In this document: piece after piece, positions 46,285 to 55,872 of the stretch
How the letters are laid out: each line of letters begins with the position of its first letter
Numbering within the stretch: position 1 is the first letter of the stretch
Source: a virus
Lineage: Duplodnaviria; Caudoviricetes
IMG/VR virus record: IMGVR_UViG_3300021979_000003
Span: 160,001-224,000 of that record
DNA: 64,000 bases
Strand: one strand, 5' to 3'
Translations under genes and position numbers: made by a program
The notes under the pieces: model-generated
The model's database searches: none
Told to the model about the DNA's origin: nothing
The model's input: the letters and a program-made list of their open reading frames with translations, nothing else

Positions 46285-47637
46285 TTATTTATATTCTTTC
46301 AAAAGGTCGCGTAAATCTTTTAGATACAACTTCTTAGCAGTTTGTTTATTCCACCAATCTATATCTTTTTTATGACTAGTAACTTCTCGTTGGAGCTTTT
46401 CAATGTTGTCCTTAGTCATCGTATAGACTGGAATTGAAATGATCTTGGTCACCAAGTCAGTATCGTATCCCTTTTTTACCATATCGTCATGAAGTTGCTT
46501 ACGCGTAACATTTCTTATATTGATTTTATTGTTGAGTACATCATTGATGAAATCAATTTTCGCATTCTTCAAAAGAATCTGTTCATTAAGCTTCTTAAGA
46601 TTATGCTGTATACGATAGTTATAGAATCCAATTCTGAAATCACAGAATGTTTTGATAACATCTTCAACACAGTCATATGATTTTATTTTTATATTACCCA
46701 TACCATCTTCACCAGTTTGATTAAAGTCTTCGATCAAACTAATGTTTTCGGTAATAGGCTCCACAAGTTTTAACTCTTTTTCTAGGTGTTCCTGAGTTAC
46801 CCCCCTTGCTGCATATATTTTAAAATCAAAGATGTCTGAAGTATCATCAACATACTTTTTGATTAAGCCTTTCTCTACTAATGAATCCAAGTGAGATACA
46901 TATTTTTCATGTACATACTTCAAAGGAAGCTCTTTGATTCGGTAGATGTTAAGGCGTTCATGTTCCAATACACCTTTACAGATAAACTTACTTGGGCCTA
47001 CCTTTTCAAACGTTCCTTTGAATGGAGTAAGGTTGGGCATAACTTCAAGTACCTTTCCTTTGGAAACATAGTTTATACATGACTCAGTAATATCAACTAT
47101 AGACCTTGGTAAAATGTTCACTGCAAATCCTACTGCCATGCCCTTAGCACCGTTTAACAGCACAGTTGGAATGATTGGTAGGTAATATAGTGGTTCAGGG
47201 TGATCATCCTTATCCAAAGACTGAGGGAGTATATCATTGTCCTTGAATATCTTGTCAAAGTTCTCACCTAGCTTTACAAAGATATAACGTGCTGCACCAG
47301 CATCAGGTACAGGACGTGTACCGAAAGTTCCTTCATAATCCAGTAATGGAATATTCTGGTTGAAATCCTGTGCCATTTTAATAATCGCATTCTCCGCAGA
47401 AACGTTACCATGGTGGTACGCTGATACTTTCGCAAGCACCCCACCAAGGGCAGATAGCTTTACAAAATCATTAGAACACTCTTTAATCGCGGCATAAATG
47501 ATTTTTCTTTGTACTGGTTTGAATCCATCAATGATACTAGGAATTGCACGATCATTATTTGTGTATATTGAATAATCCCTATAACGGGTATTGATATAAT
47601 CACTAATCTTTACTACATTCTTTTTTGTTCTACTCAT
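46285..47637 (-). CDS. gp52: type IIA topoisomerase subunit A (gp52/GyrA-like)
   Basis: RAIPS.IDGFKPVQRKI, YHHG..S, AARYI (catalytic Tyr), P.VLLNG..G.AVGF. Confidence 0.95.
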   Translation of the reverse strand: MSRTKKNVVKISDYINTRYRDYSIYTNNDRAIPSIIDGFKPVQRKIIYAAIKECSNDFVKLSALGGVLAKVSAYHHGNVSAENAIIKMAQDFNQNIPLLDYEGTFGTRPVPDAGAARYIFVKLGENFDKIFKDNDILPQSLDKDDHPEPLYYLPIIPTVLLNGAKGMAVGFAVNILPRSIVDITESCINYVSKGKVLEVMPNLTPFKGTFEKVGPSKFICKGVLEHERLNIYRIKELPLKYVHEKYVSHLDSLVEKGLIKKYVDDTSDIFDFKIYAARGVTQEHLEKELKLVEPITENISLIEDFNQTGEDGMGNIKIKSYDCVEDVIKTFCDFRIGFYNYRIQHNLKKLNEQILLKNAKIDFINDVLNNKINIRNVTRKQLHDDMVKKGYDTDLVTKIISIPVYTMTKDNIEKLQREVTSHKKDIDWWNKQTAKKLYLKDLRDLLKEYK

Positions 47638-47649
47638 GTTAGTACCGTA

Positions 47650-49503
47650 TTACTCCAACCATTCTTTACGTAATTTCGCATCATCACCAAATACCACTTC
47701 CAATATATCATCACAGTTTTCGTCATCTTGTACTGCTTCAATCAAAGGCTGTTCGATCAGATATTTCTTATACTGATTGACTCCGAGAGAGCCTAAACCC
47801 TTGAGGTATTTGATAGTTTCACCAGACTTTACTTTATATTTTTTATAATCACTTAAGGTATAAAATGATTTCACGATCTTTCCACTCTTACGAATTTCCA
47901 TAATAGGTGTGTAAAGAATATGAACAATACCTCTTTCAAATAGTTCAGGCCATAGCTTAAAGAAGTTGATCAACTGTGCAGTTATACAGTAACCATCAAC
48001 GTCAGCATCAGCCGTGATATAAATCTTTCCGTAGTTATGATGTAGCCTATCTGGTACTGGCTCACCTAACCTTAGCCCTAGAATGGACATCAACTCTTTA
48101 CATTCATTATGCTGAAGAATATCCATTTTATTTTTTCTGGATACGTTCACAAACTTACCCTTTAGAGGATAGATACCATGATAGTTTCTATCACGCACTG
48201 TCATGAAGTTACCCTTCGCACTATCACCCTCTACGATGTAAAGAACGTTTTTAGCAACATCCTTACTCTTAGGGGGAATGTGCTTAGCTACTTTCTCTTT
48301 CAATGCCTTCTTCTGTTCAGCTTGAAGCTTTTTCCTTTCAGCACGTTCAGCTTTCATCAACTGAAATTCGATAATAGGCATTATGATATCTTCAGTCTTG
48401 AGGATTTTCTGTGCTAGCTTTTCAAAGTCGAGGTCTTTATACACAGCCTCAATTTCAGCTTTGTCATTTGTAATTCTTTCTTTTGTTTGTGAATCAAACT
48501 TCAAGTTTGGGAACTCTCTGGTAAAGTTCACAACAAATAGATGTTGCTTAATCTGTGATGGGACTACATCGATTTTATATTTCTTATTGATAGCAGGTCT
48601 TAGATAAGATGCTAACGTATCCATTATATAATCAATATGAGAACCACCTTTAGTAACATTAAGGCCATTCACAACTGATATGAAACGAAACTCTTCTGAA
48701 GTGTTTGGTAGAAAAGCCACCATACTCTTAGAATCTTTCTCATATACACTCTTTGATTCAAAATGTTTTAGGAAGTCACTGGTTTCTTTATAGGAAACCT
48801 TTACTTCATTGAAAACGAATGTGATTTCTGGATAGATAGCAGCAAGCTTTTCAATCCTGTCTCTAATAACATCAATATGTTGCTGATCAAAACTCTTGAT
48901 ACCAAAGCGTGTAAAGTCTGGTTCAAAATAAACCTGCGTGTAGTTTTTCTTACTGCGTCCAACTTTAACATCATCCAAGTTATTGTTTTCGCTGGTATGG
49001 AGAATAAGTTTCTTTGAACCGTCACATGTTTCACCTACAAATTTCTTTGAGAAGATACTAACAACAGTAGAGCCAACACCATTCATACCAATGCTCTGAC
49101 GCGCATCTTCAATACTGTCATCGAAGTTCGTACCAGCTTTTGTATACGTCCAAGACATAACAGGGTTCCAGACATCTTTACCGTCTCTGTCCTGTACTTT
49201 AACAACCGGTATACCAGTACCATTGTCCTTGACTCGAACATAGTCTTCTGTCATGTCAATTTCAATTTTATTACCATACTTAAAATTAGTTTTAATAGCA
49301 ACGTCTACTGAGTTATCAATTATTTCGTTCACCAACTTTAGTAGTCCGGGGATATATTCAATCTCACGGTACTCATTGATAATAAACTGAGTGTACTTTT
49401 CCTTAGACGTTGAACCAATAAACATGTGCGGTCTAAGCAGCACATGTTCTTCATCACTTAAATGCTTTGATACTTTGTGATATTTTTTAAGTGCATTACT
49501 CAT
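47650..49503 (-). CDS. gp39: type IIA topoisomerase subunit B (gp39+60, GyrB-like), uninterrupted
   Basis: EHVLLRP.M.IGS, EIIDNSVD, DNG.GIP, G.NG.G, VEGDSA, PLKGK, DAD.DG, Y.KGLGS. Confidence 0.95.
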   Translation of the reverse strand: MSNALKKYHKVSKHLSDEEHVLLRPHMFIGSTSKEKYTQFIINEYREIEYIPGLLKLVNEIIDNSVDVAIKTNFKYGNKIEIDMTEDYVRVKDNGTGIPVVKVQDRDGKDVWNPVMSWTYTKAGTNFDDSIEDARQSIGMNGVGSTVVSIFSKKFVGETCDGSKKLILHTSENNNLDDVKVGRSKKNYTQVYFEPDFTRFGIKSFDQQHIDVIRDRIEKLAAIYPEITFVFNEVKVSYKETSDFLKHFESKSVYEKDSKSMVAFLPNTSEEFRFISVVNGLNVTKGGSHIDYIMDTLASYLRPAINKKYKIDVVPSQIKQHLFVVNFTREFPNLKFDSQTKERITNDKAEIEAVYKDLDFEKLAQKILKTEDIIMPIIEFQLMKAERAERKKLQAEQKKALKEKVAKHIPPKSKDVAKNVLYIVEGDSAKGNFMTVRDRNYHGIYPLKGKFVNVSRKNKMDILQHNECKELMSILGLRLGEPVPDRLHHNYGKIYITADADVDGYCITAQLINFFKLWPELFERGIVHILYTPIMEIRKSGKIVKSFYTLSDYKKYKVKSGETIKYLKGLGSLGVNQYKKYLIEQPLIEAVQDDENCDDILEVVFGDDAKLRKEWLE

Positions 49504-49519
49504 AAGATTAATTTAACCT

Positions 49520-50023
49520 TTAGTCTTTTTTATAATTCATTATGTTTATATACATGTCCGTTTCTGTTTTATATTCTTCGTATTCGGACATTGGAGTCTC
49601 ACTTATAGAATTAAATTCATCTACATAGACTCTTTGTTTCTTCCCTACACGTAAACTGATAATGTTATCAAGTAGTGTTACATGTACGAATTCTTTATTA
49701 CGTTCAATACAGTAAGGAAGTGTTTTGTTGTTATAGGTATCCAGTAACGAAACACTGTTACTACCATCCACATATAATACCTTATCTTCCTGATCAGTCA
49801 ATATACCTAGCATGTAAGAACTGTTTTTTATCTTTTTAAAACAACTAGGTACGAAACCATCCTCCACATCTTCTTCAATTGGCAGGGAGACAACCGTATG
49901 GTTTACAATCTCTCTTTCGATGATTTCAAATATATGAAGGACGGTATGCACGGACCTTACGTTTAATTCGTATAGATCACAAAAGGTTCTCTTTCCAAAA
50001 GAACCAAAGAAGGAACTGTTCAT
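49520..50023 (-). CDS. hypothetical protein
   Basis: 167-aa ORF in the operon. Confidence 0.55.
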   Translation of the reverse strand: MNSSFFGSFGKRTFCDLYELNVRSVHTVLHIFEIIEREIVNHTVVSLPIEEDVEDGFVPSCFKKIKNSSYMLGILTDQEDKVLYVDGSNSVSLLDTYNNKTLPYCIERNKEFVHVTLLDNIISLRVGKKQRVYVDEFNSISETPMSEYEEYKTETDMYINIMNYKKD

Positions 50024-50034
50024 AATTTTCCTTA

Positions 50035-50556
50035 TTAACGTAGGATATCATCGTCGTCTAGGCCAGCAGCCTTAAGCTTGACGATATTAGTTATCTGGTA
50101 GTGTTTTACTTCCAATGCTTTAGTTATACTTGCAAATTTATTCCTTACCATAGCTACCTTATTGATTAGCATTAGTTTTTCAAGAACATCCGACTCACCA
50201 TCGATATATTTTTCCACATCACGGCTGGATAGTGCACGTGAGTAATGTTCTAGGTATTGCTTATAATGCTTACTTTTAAGGTACTTCAGTTTTATATTAA
50301 ACATTTCCAAAACGGCTTCGATTTCTTGTAATTGGGAGAAGCGCTTATCGGTAATAGCTGGCATCATTCGTGCTAGCTTTTCTACATGACCATCTATGCC
50401 TAGCTCTGACTTGGCATCTTCAACCTCAGACATGTAGTAATTGTAGAATTGATCAATCTGCGTTTCATCTTGATCGAGTATGTCTAACCAGTTCTTTCTC
50501 ATAATTTCCTCTAACGAATAATTGGCTATATAACCACAGTTTCCTGATGTAGTCAA
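50035..50556 (-). CDS. uvsY: recombination mediator UvsY-like
   Basis: G.VEK....MP.I...RF.QLQEIEAVL.......K.YLE.Y.RALSSRDVEKY.DGE..V........VA..RN.F..I.K.LE.K.YQI.NIVKL..AG.DD. Confidence 0.8.
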   Translation of the reverse strand: MTTSGNCGYIANYSLEEIMRKNWLDILDQDETQIDQFYNYYMSEVEDAKSELGIDGHVEKLARMMPAITDKRFSQLQEIEAVLEMFNIKLKYLKSKHYKQYLEHYSRALSSRDVEKYIDGESDVLEKLMLINKVAMVRNKFASITKALEVKHYQITNIVKLKAAGLDDDDILR

Positions 50557-50661
50557 GTGGTTTCAATGTCTAACTTAAAAAGTCTAACCTAATCTTTATT
50601 ATTTCTTATAAAGAAAAAGTAAGAGTTTTAGTTACAAAAGAAATATAATATCTTAATAAAA

Positions 50662-50779
50662 GAAATATCATGATAATGATATTTCATGTCTGTATTGAAT
50701 GGAATGAAATACAGACAATAATATTTACTGATGTAGATTATCGCGTTCTTCAACGCGATATGAGTTGCATTGCAACTCA
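50662..50779. repeat. four back-to-back perfect inverted repeats in an AT-rich intergenic region
   Basis: GAAATATCAT/ATGATATTTC; TGTCTGTATT/AATACAGACA; TATCGCGTT/AACGCGATA; TGAGTTGCA/TGCAACTCA. Confidence 0.85.
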
Positions 50780-50780
50780 G

Positions 50781-50788
50781 TATAAATA
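50781..50788 (+). promoter_or_regulatory. late promoter
   Basis: TATAAATA 24 nt upstream of ATG 50813. Confidence 0.7.
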
Positions 50789-50812
50789 TTAATAAACAGT
50801 AGGAATACATAT

Positions 50813-51463
50813 ATGAAATACGAAAAGATCAAAGATGGCATTATAAGTATAATGAATTCATTGGGTTACCAGTTCAAACTCTATGATGGGGATGGCACTG
50901 CTATATCAAATCCATACGAATCCAAGTATATATTCGTAAAAGAACCCAATATGATGTTTATATTTGAAGAAGAACGAAATACAATAGAGCTTCATAAGTC
51001 AGATATGAAGACCAGTACCTTTAAGAAAGTCCTTCAGTTAGTAAGACAACTGACAAAAAAGTACTTCGTTAATCTTGAAGTTTCCAATTACAACCAGATA
51101 TTAGAACCTAAAGACTTCTCTAAAGATATTTTGAAGAAGCGTTACAATCTGAAACAGATGATGAACGCTGTTCACGAATCGTTAACAAATAATAAATCGA
51201 CGTATGAGTTATATGACCATATATTGTTTGTTGACAACGGTATAAATATTAAGGTAATCAATGAGGATAAGGCAGAGATTCTTAGTACCGAGTTGAGGCC
51301 ATTTTTACCAGCTATTGCTAAGGGAGTTGATCATAAAAAGATCAGTAACCTGTTGGAAAGAAAGAAAGAGCTTGACAAAAATGGTAGATCGGTTACATTA
51401 GAAAGCCGTTCATATGACGACTTGAATAAGATCGTTGAATTACTTGAAAAGATGTCCTACTAA
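50813..51463 (+). CDS. probable virion structural protein
   Basis: 216 aa after a late promoter; HES/LES motifs. Confidence 0.6.
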   Translation: MKYEKIKDGIISIMNSLGYQFKLYDGDGTAISNPYESKYIFVKEPNMMFIFEEERNTIELHKSDMKTSTFKKVLQLVRQLTKKYFVNLEVSNYNQILEPKDFSKDILKKRYNLKQMMNAVHESLTNNKSTYELYDHILFVDNGINIKVINEDKAEILSTELRPFLPAIAKGVDHKKISNLLERKKELDKNGRSVTLESRSYDDLNKIVELLEKMSY

Positions 51464-51523
51464 TTAGGACATCAAATTATTAGCCAAAATTAGCACTATT
51501 ATATAACTAGGAGTAGTAACACA

Positions 51524-51883
51524 ATGCGTAAATCTTTTAATACCAAGCCTGTTGGGGAAACCGTGAGTACCGCTAAAGAACAAATTCAAAATGGCGACTT
51601 CGATTTTTATATGCGTAATCGCAAGCAACAGGAATATCACCCCTCCAACGTGGGACAATTCACCCACAACCACTTCAAATTTGCATATATCCTACAAGAC
51701 ATGGCGATGTTGTGTACGTCGTTAGAAATATCTAACTTCATTTGCAATATTGCATACTATCTTCGTAACGGTGAATTCGAGAAGATCACCCAAGAAGACC
51801 TTGAGTACACAGTAATGTTCGTACAAAAGGGAAGAGAGAAATACAATAAATCAGACTATGTGGACCTAGATTCACTTCTATAA
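51524..51883 (+). CDS. hypothetical protein
   Basis: 119-aa ORF with AGGAG RBS. Confidence 0.6.
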   Translation: MRKSFNTKPVGETVSTAKEQIQNGDFDFYMRNRKQQEYHPSNVGQFTHNHFKFAYILQDMAMLCTSLEISNFICNIAYYLRNGEFEKITQEDLEYTVMFVQKGREKYNKSDYVDLDSLL

Positions 51884-51999
51884 AAAAATATAGAAAAGTC
51901 TATTGACGTATTTCAATTTTATGATTTAATCATATTAACAATTACATTAACAAACTTATAAAAGTTAACACACTAAAATAATAAAAAGGAAACAAACTT

Positions 52000-52974
52000 A
52001 TGTCTAGCTTAGATGAAATCCGCGCAAAACTTGCAAAATCCCAAGGTGACAAAGCACCTAGCTCCACTTCCAGTGGCGATATCTATCCGTTCTGGAATGC
52101 TCCAAACGATTCAACCACTATTGTACGTTTTCTACCAGATGCTGATGAAAACAATACCTTCTTCTGGCGTGAGCGTCAAATGATCCGTATTCCATTCGCC
52201 TCTGTAGAAGGCCATCCAGAACTATCCAACGTAGTAGTTGAAGTTCCATGTGTGGAAATGTACAAGGAAGGTGATAAGTGCCCAATCCTAACCGAGACAC
52301 GTCCTTGGTGGAAAACTGATAAAGAGGAACTAGCACGTCGCTACTGGCCTGCAAAGACCTACATTTATCAAGGTTTTGTACGTGAAGGTCATATTGACGA
52401 AGAAAGTCCAGAAAACCCAATTCGTCGTTTCGTAGTAGCAAAATCTATTCACAAGATCATTGAGGCATCCCTACTTGATCCTGAAATGGAAAATCTACCA
52501 ACAAACTTCGATCACGGTACTGATTTCAAAATCACTAAGAAGAAAGATGGTCAGTATGCATCCTATGCAACATCTGGTTTTGCACGTCGTGAATCATCCC
52601 TAACTGTCGAAGAGCGTGACTCAGTAGACAAGTTTGGTCTATTCGACCTAAGCGGCTTCCTACCACGTAAGCCAACTCAGGAAGACCTAAACGTGATCTA
52701 CGCGATGTTTGAAGAAAGCCTAAAAGAAGGTGATTCTGTATATCGCCTAGAGTGGGCAAACAAGTATCGTCCTAAAAACACGAAGCTTGATTTAGGTAAT
52801 GCTGCGGTAGGTACTGGAACTAGTACACCAACCCCTACGCCATCCGCTGCACCTGCTCAGGAATCAGCACAGAGTGCGCCTGCTCAAGAACCTAAAGAAG
52901 AAGCACCTGCTGCATCTTCCGGTGGTACTGATGATGTTCTAGCACAACTACGTGCAAAAATGAACAAAGGCTAA
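52000..52974 (+). CDS. gp32: single-stranded DNA-binding protein gp32
   Basis: IYPFW...T.VRFLPDAD..NTFFW.ER..I..PF...VPC.EM...CPI...W...ARRYW..K.Y..QGFV; G.DF.I.K..K.QYA.Y.TS.F; acidic tail DDVLAQLRA. Confidence 0.92.
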   Translation: MSSLDEIRAKLAKSQGDKAPSSTSSGDIYPFWNAPNDSTTIVRFLPDADENNTFFWRERQMIRIPFASVEGHPELSNVVVEVPCVEMYKEGDKCPILTETRPWWKTDKEELARRYWPAKTYIYQGFVREGHIDEESPENPIRRFVVAKSIHKIIEASLLDPEMENLPTNFDHGTDFKITKKKDGQYASYATSGFARRESSLTVEERDSVDKFGLFDLSGFLPRKPTQEDLNVIYAMFEESLKEGDSVYRLEWANKYRPKNTKLDLGNAAVGTGTSTPTPTPSAAPAQESAQSAPAQEPKEEAPAASSGGTDDVLAQLRAKMNKG

Positions 52975-53029
52975 TTCGAATTAAAATATTGGGGCCTTAG
53001 TGCCCCAAAACTATTTGGGGATAATAATA

Positions 53030-54133
53030 ATGAGAAAACCTGTAGATATGACAAAATTTGCTTCTAGTGTAACTAAGAAGCTGAACGTTAGTTATGGTTT
53101 TAATGACCCTAAGATTTGGGTTGATACCGGTAACTATATGCTTAACTATTTAATTTCAGGAGACTTTCATAAAGGGATTCCTTTGAGTAAAGTTTCTATG
53201 TTTGCTGGTGCATCTGGCTCTGGTAAGTCGCTGATTGTTTCTGGTATGCTGGTTAAACACGCTCAAGATATGGGCATCATTCCAGTTTTATTCGACTCAG
53301 AGAACGCACTAGATGAAGATTGGCTTAAGAACTTTGGTATTGATACATCACCTGAAAAGATTCTCAGATTCCAAGTATCTATGATTAACGATGTTGGTAA
53401 GATTATGTCTGAGTTTATCAAAGACTATCGTGCTAACTATTCTGATCTTGATCCTGAAGAACGTCCATGTTTCTTATTTGTAATAGATTCATTGGGTATG
53501 CTATTAACCGATACTGACGTTGACCAATTTAATAAAGGTGACATGAAAGGTGATATGGGTCGTAAGCCTAAGCAGCTAAATGCACTTGTGCGTAACCTAG
53601 TTAACCAAATTGCTGATCTAAACATCGGTGTTGTATGTACTAACCATACCTATGCCTCACAAGATATGTTTGATCCTGACGATAAGATCAGTGGTGGTAA
53701 TGGGTTTATCTTCGCATCGTCTATCGTAGTAGCAAGTCAAAAGCTTAAACTTAAAGAAGATGATGAAGGTAACAAGACTTCTGATGTTCATGGTATTAAA
53801 TCCGCAATCAAGATTATGAAATCTCGTTATGGTCGGGCTTACGAAACCTGTAAAATTCACATTCGTTTCGATAGTGGTCTTGATCGTTATTCTGGTCTAT
53901 TTGAATATATTGAACAGCTTGGTGTTATTGAAAGACAAGGTAACAAATACAAGTATGTTGATAAGGAAGGTGTGGAACATTCAGAGTTCAGAAAGAACTT
54001 TGGTCCAGAGCTTCTAGAAAAGATCGTTGAAGAATGGGATTATGATAAGTATAAGCTACTTTCAAACAAGGTTAGCCTTGAAGAAGAACGTGAAATGCTT
54101 GGGATAAAAACAGAAGAAAAGAAAGACGATTAA
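53030..54133 (+). CDS. uvsX: UvsX/RecA-like recombinase
   Basis: W.DTGNY.LN.LISG.F..GIPL.K..MFAGASGSGKS, FDSENALDE, VIDSLG, NHTY, SGG.GF; start moved from 53000. Confidence 0.95.
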   Translation: MRKPVDMTKFASSVTKKLNVSYGFNDPKIWVDTGNYMLNYLISGDFHKGIPLSKVSMFAGASGSGKSLIVSGMLVKHAQDMGIIPVLFDSENALDEDWLKNFGIDTSPEKILRFQVSMINDVGKIMSEFIKDYRANYSDLDPEERPCFLFVIDSLGMLLTDTDVDQFNKGDMKGDMGRKPKQLNALVRNLVNQIADLNIGVVCTNHTYASQDMFDPDDKISGGNGFIFASSIVVASQKLKLKEDDEGNKTSDVHGIKSAIKIMKSRYGRAYETCKIHIRFDSGLDRYSGLFEYIEQLGVIERQGNKYKYVDKEGVEHSEFRKNFGPELLEKIVEEWDYDKYKLLSNKVSLEEEREMLGIKTEEKKDD

Positions 54134-54135
54134 AG

Positions 54136-54164
54136 AAAAAGGGAACCAGAAGGTTCCCTTTTTT
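54136..54164. terminator. bidirectional intrinsic terminator
   Basis: AAAAAGGGAACC-AGAA-GGTTCCCTTTTTT. Confidence 0.85.
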
Positions 54165-54168
54165 GACA

Positions 54169-55149
54169 TTATTTAGATACTTGGATAACCATGTCCACAA
54201 ATTGTGCCATTTCATCGTAAGCATCACCCACTTCCCTGATTTTTTTAGCTAAAGTCTTTGAGAGTTCATTCAGCTTTTCTTTATCAAGTTCTTGGTCTTT
54301 AAGGAATCTTAAGAATACTTCTTTTGTATTTTTAAGGTCTTGTGGGTAAAGACGCATAATATTATCTTTGTAGTGATCGAAGTTGTTAGCGATGTGCTTC
54401 TTTAGATCATACTTGCTAGAAACGTGACCCATAGTCATGTCTTTCTCATCTAGCTTAGAATCTTCTTTTAGTTTGTCAGCAACAGCGTGTACAAACCAAT
54501 CCATGTGAGCAACGTTATCAAAGATTTGTCCGTTGTCTTCTGCAACTTCGATAGCTAGATCAGATTCGTCTTCGATTTCTTTCTTTGCCTTTTCAACAAA
54601 ATCTTCATCGGACTCTTCCATTTCTTCAGATTCATCTAGATCACTGTAATCATCTTTGTAATCTCTTAGGTCTTCATTTAGACTATATAATTCATAATCA
54701 TATGGAAATGATTGGATTCCTTTTGAAGATAAATATTCTTTTAGAGATTGATCTTTAGGTTTTGTAAAAACAATATTATGATCGTGTTCTCGTGTCATTG
54801 AATGATCAATGCCTTTATTACTAAGAACTTTAGATACTTCGTCGCGCTTTTCGGGTGGTATAATAACCACAACCTTGTCAAGCTCTTCACCTTCACCTTC
54901 ATATATAGAAGGCTTACACATCTTACAGCGGCAATCTTCAGGATGATCAGCCGACTCATCAAGATCACTGTAATCATCTTTATAATCTTTTAGGTCTTCA
55001 TCTACCTGTTCTTCACATTCCATGCACTGTTCACAATCACAATCCTGATCGTGTTCTTCTTCCATTTGTTCGGCCTGTTCTAGAATCTGTGCAATCATAT
55101 CACGATGATTCTTATACATGTCAGAACCGCTATAGTATTTCTTACTCAT
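54169..55149 (-). CDS. acidic protein with duplicated EDL(K/R)DYKDDYSDLDES motif and HxxDCxCxxC motifs
   Basis: 326-aa ORF with GGAG RBS; ~47-nt DNA repeat near 54631-54678 and 54956-55002. Confidence 0.7.
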   Translation of the reverse strand: MSKKYYSGSDMYKNHRDMIAQILEQAEQMEEEHDQDCDCEQCMECEEQVDEDLKDYKDDYSDLDESADHPEDCRCKMCKPSIYEGEGEELDKVVVIIPPEKRDEVSKVLSNKGIDHSMTREHDHNIVFTKPKDQSLKEYLSSKGIQSFPYDYELYSLNEDLRDYKDDYSDLDESEEMEESDEDFVEKAKKEIEDESDLAIEVAEDNGQIFDNVAHMDWFVHAVADKLKEDSKLDEKDMTMGHVSSKYDLKKHIANNFDHYKDNIMRLYPQDLKNTKEVFLRFLKDQELDKEKLNELSKTLAKKIREVGDAYDEMAQFVDMVIQVSK

Positions 55150-55209
55150 ACCTAACTCCTTAAATTTATTTTTTATTATAGTTATATTTATAGGTAGTAA
55201 GAAATATTA

Positions 55210-55488
55210 TTAATAAACTCCCATAACAACGCCGAAAACCATACCAACTGCAACCACAATAAACACAAGTACCGCGACAGCCGCCAATGCCAGAAAGTAT
55301 GTAGCGACTGCAATACATACACCAATCGCGATCCACGTCCCGACCCATGTTCCGATAAAAAATATACAAAAATAAGCGATAGCCATTGCGAACCCAAGTC
55401 CTTCCGCCAGCGCTGCAAAGAAATACAACGCGCCTGCGATAGTTCCTAATGTGATACCTATACCGTTGATTATGTTCATATCAGTCAC
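55210..55488 (-). CDS. small hydrophobic membrane protein
   Basis: 92 aa, almost entirely TM character. Confidence 0.55.
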   Translation of the reverse strand: MTDMNIINGIGITLGTIAGALYFFAALAEGLGFAMAIAYFCIFFIGTWVGTWIAIGVCIAVATYFLALAAVAVLVFIVVAVGMVFGVVMGVY

Positions 55489-55563
55489 CCTTTTATTTCA
55501 ATATGATTAATTATAACATAAATACTATATAGACTTCAACTAAAACTATGGAGGTAGTCTATT

Positions 55564-55863
55564 ATGAGTAATAAAAATTTTGTCGGAATGGTTAACATGA
55601 TTAACAACATTAGTTCGGGTTTAAATGAACAAGAATCTTTAAACGAGTACCTAACTATGTTAGAATCTGTACAGAATCTAGAAGAACAAGATGATGATCT
55701 TGAAGAGACTGAAATGACCAAAGAACTCGAAGATAAACGTGAAGAATATGTTTTAGAGTTGAAGAAAAAAGCAGATTACTTTAAAAAACGTTACGGCGAT
55801 GATTGGGAAAACGTTATGTATGGTACAGCTACCAACCTCGCTAAAAAAGACTTAGGAATGTAA
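55564..55863 (+). CDS. probable internal head protein
   Basis: KREEYV.ELKK....FKKRYG.DWENVMYGTATNLAKK motif recurrent in T4-like head proteins; CATAAATA at 55517-55524; GGAGG RBS. Confidence 0.7.
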   Translation: MSNKNFVGMVNMINNISSGLNEQESLNEYLTMLESVQNLEEQDDDLEETEMTKELEDKREEYVLELKKKADYFKKRYGDDWENVMYGTATNLAKKDLGM

Positions 55864-55872
55864 AATACTTTT

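Noticed and set aside
47650-49503. T4 gene-60-type translational bypass or split in topoisomerase B
   Set aside because: The ATPase and TOPRIM motifs lie in one uninterrupted 617-aa frame.
52989-53008. GC hairpin between gp32 and uvsX as a terminator
   Set aside because: There is no U-tract on the coding strand; it is more likely an mRNA-stabilising hairpin and not unusual.
54640-54990. DYKDD resembling a FLAG tag, suggesting an engineered insert
   Set aside because: The sequence is DYKDDYS, not DYKDDDDK, and it sits in a natural diverged duplication with AT-rich codons.
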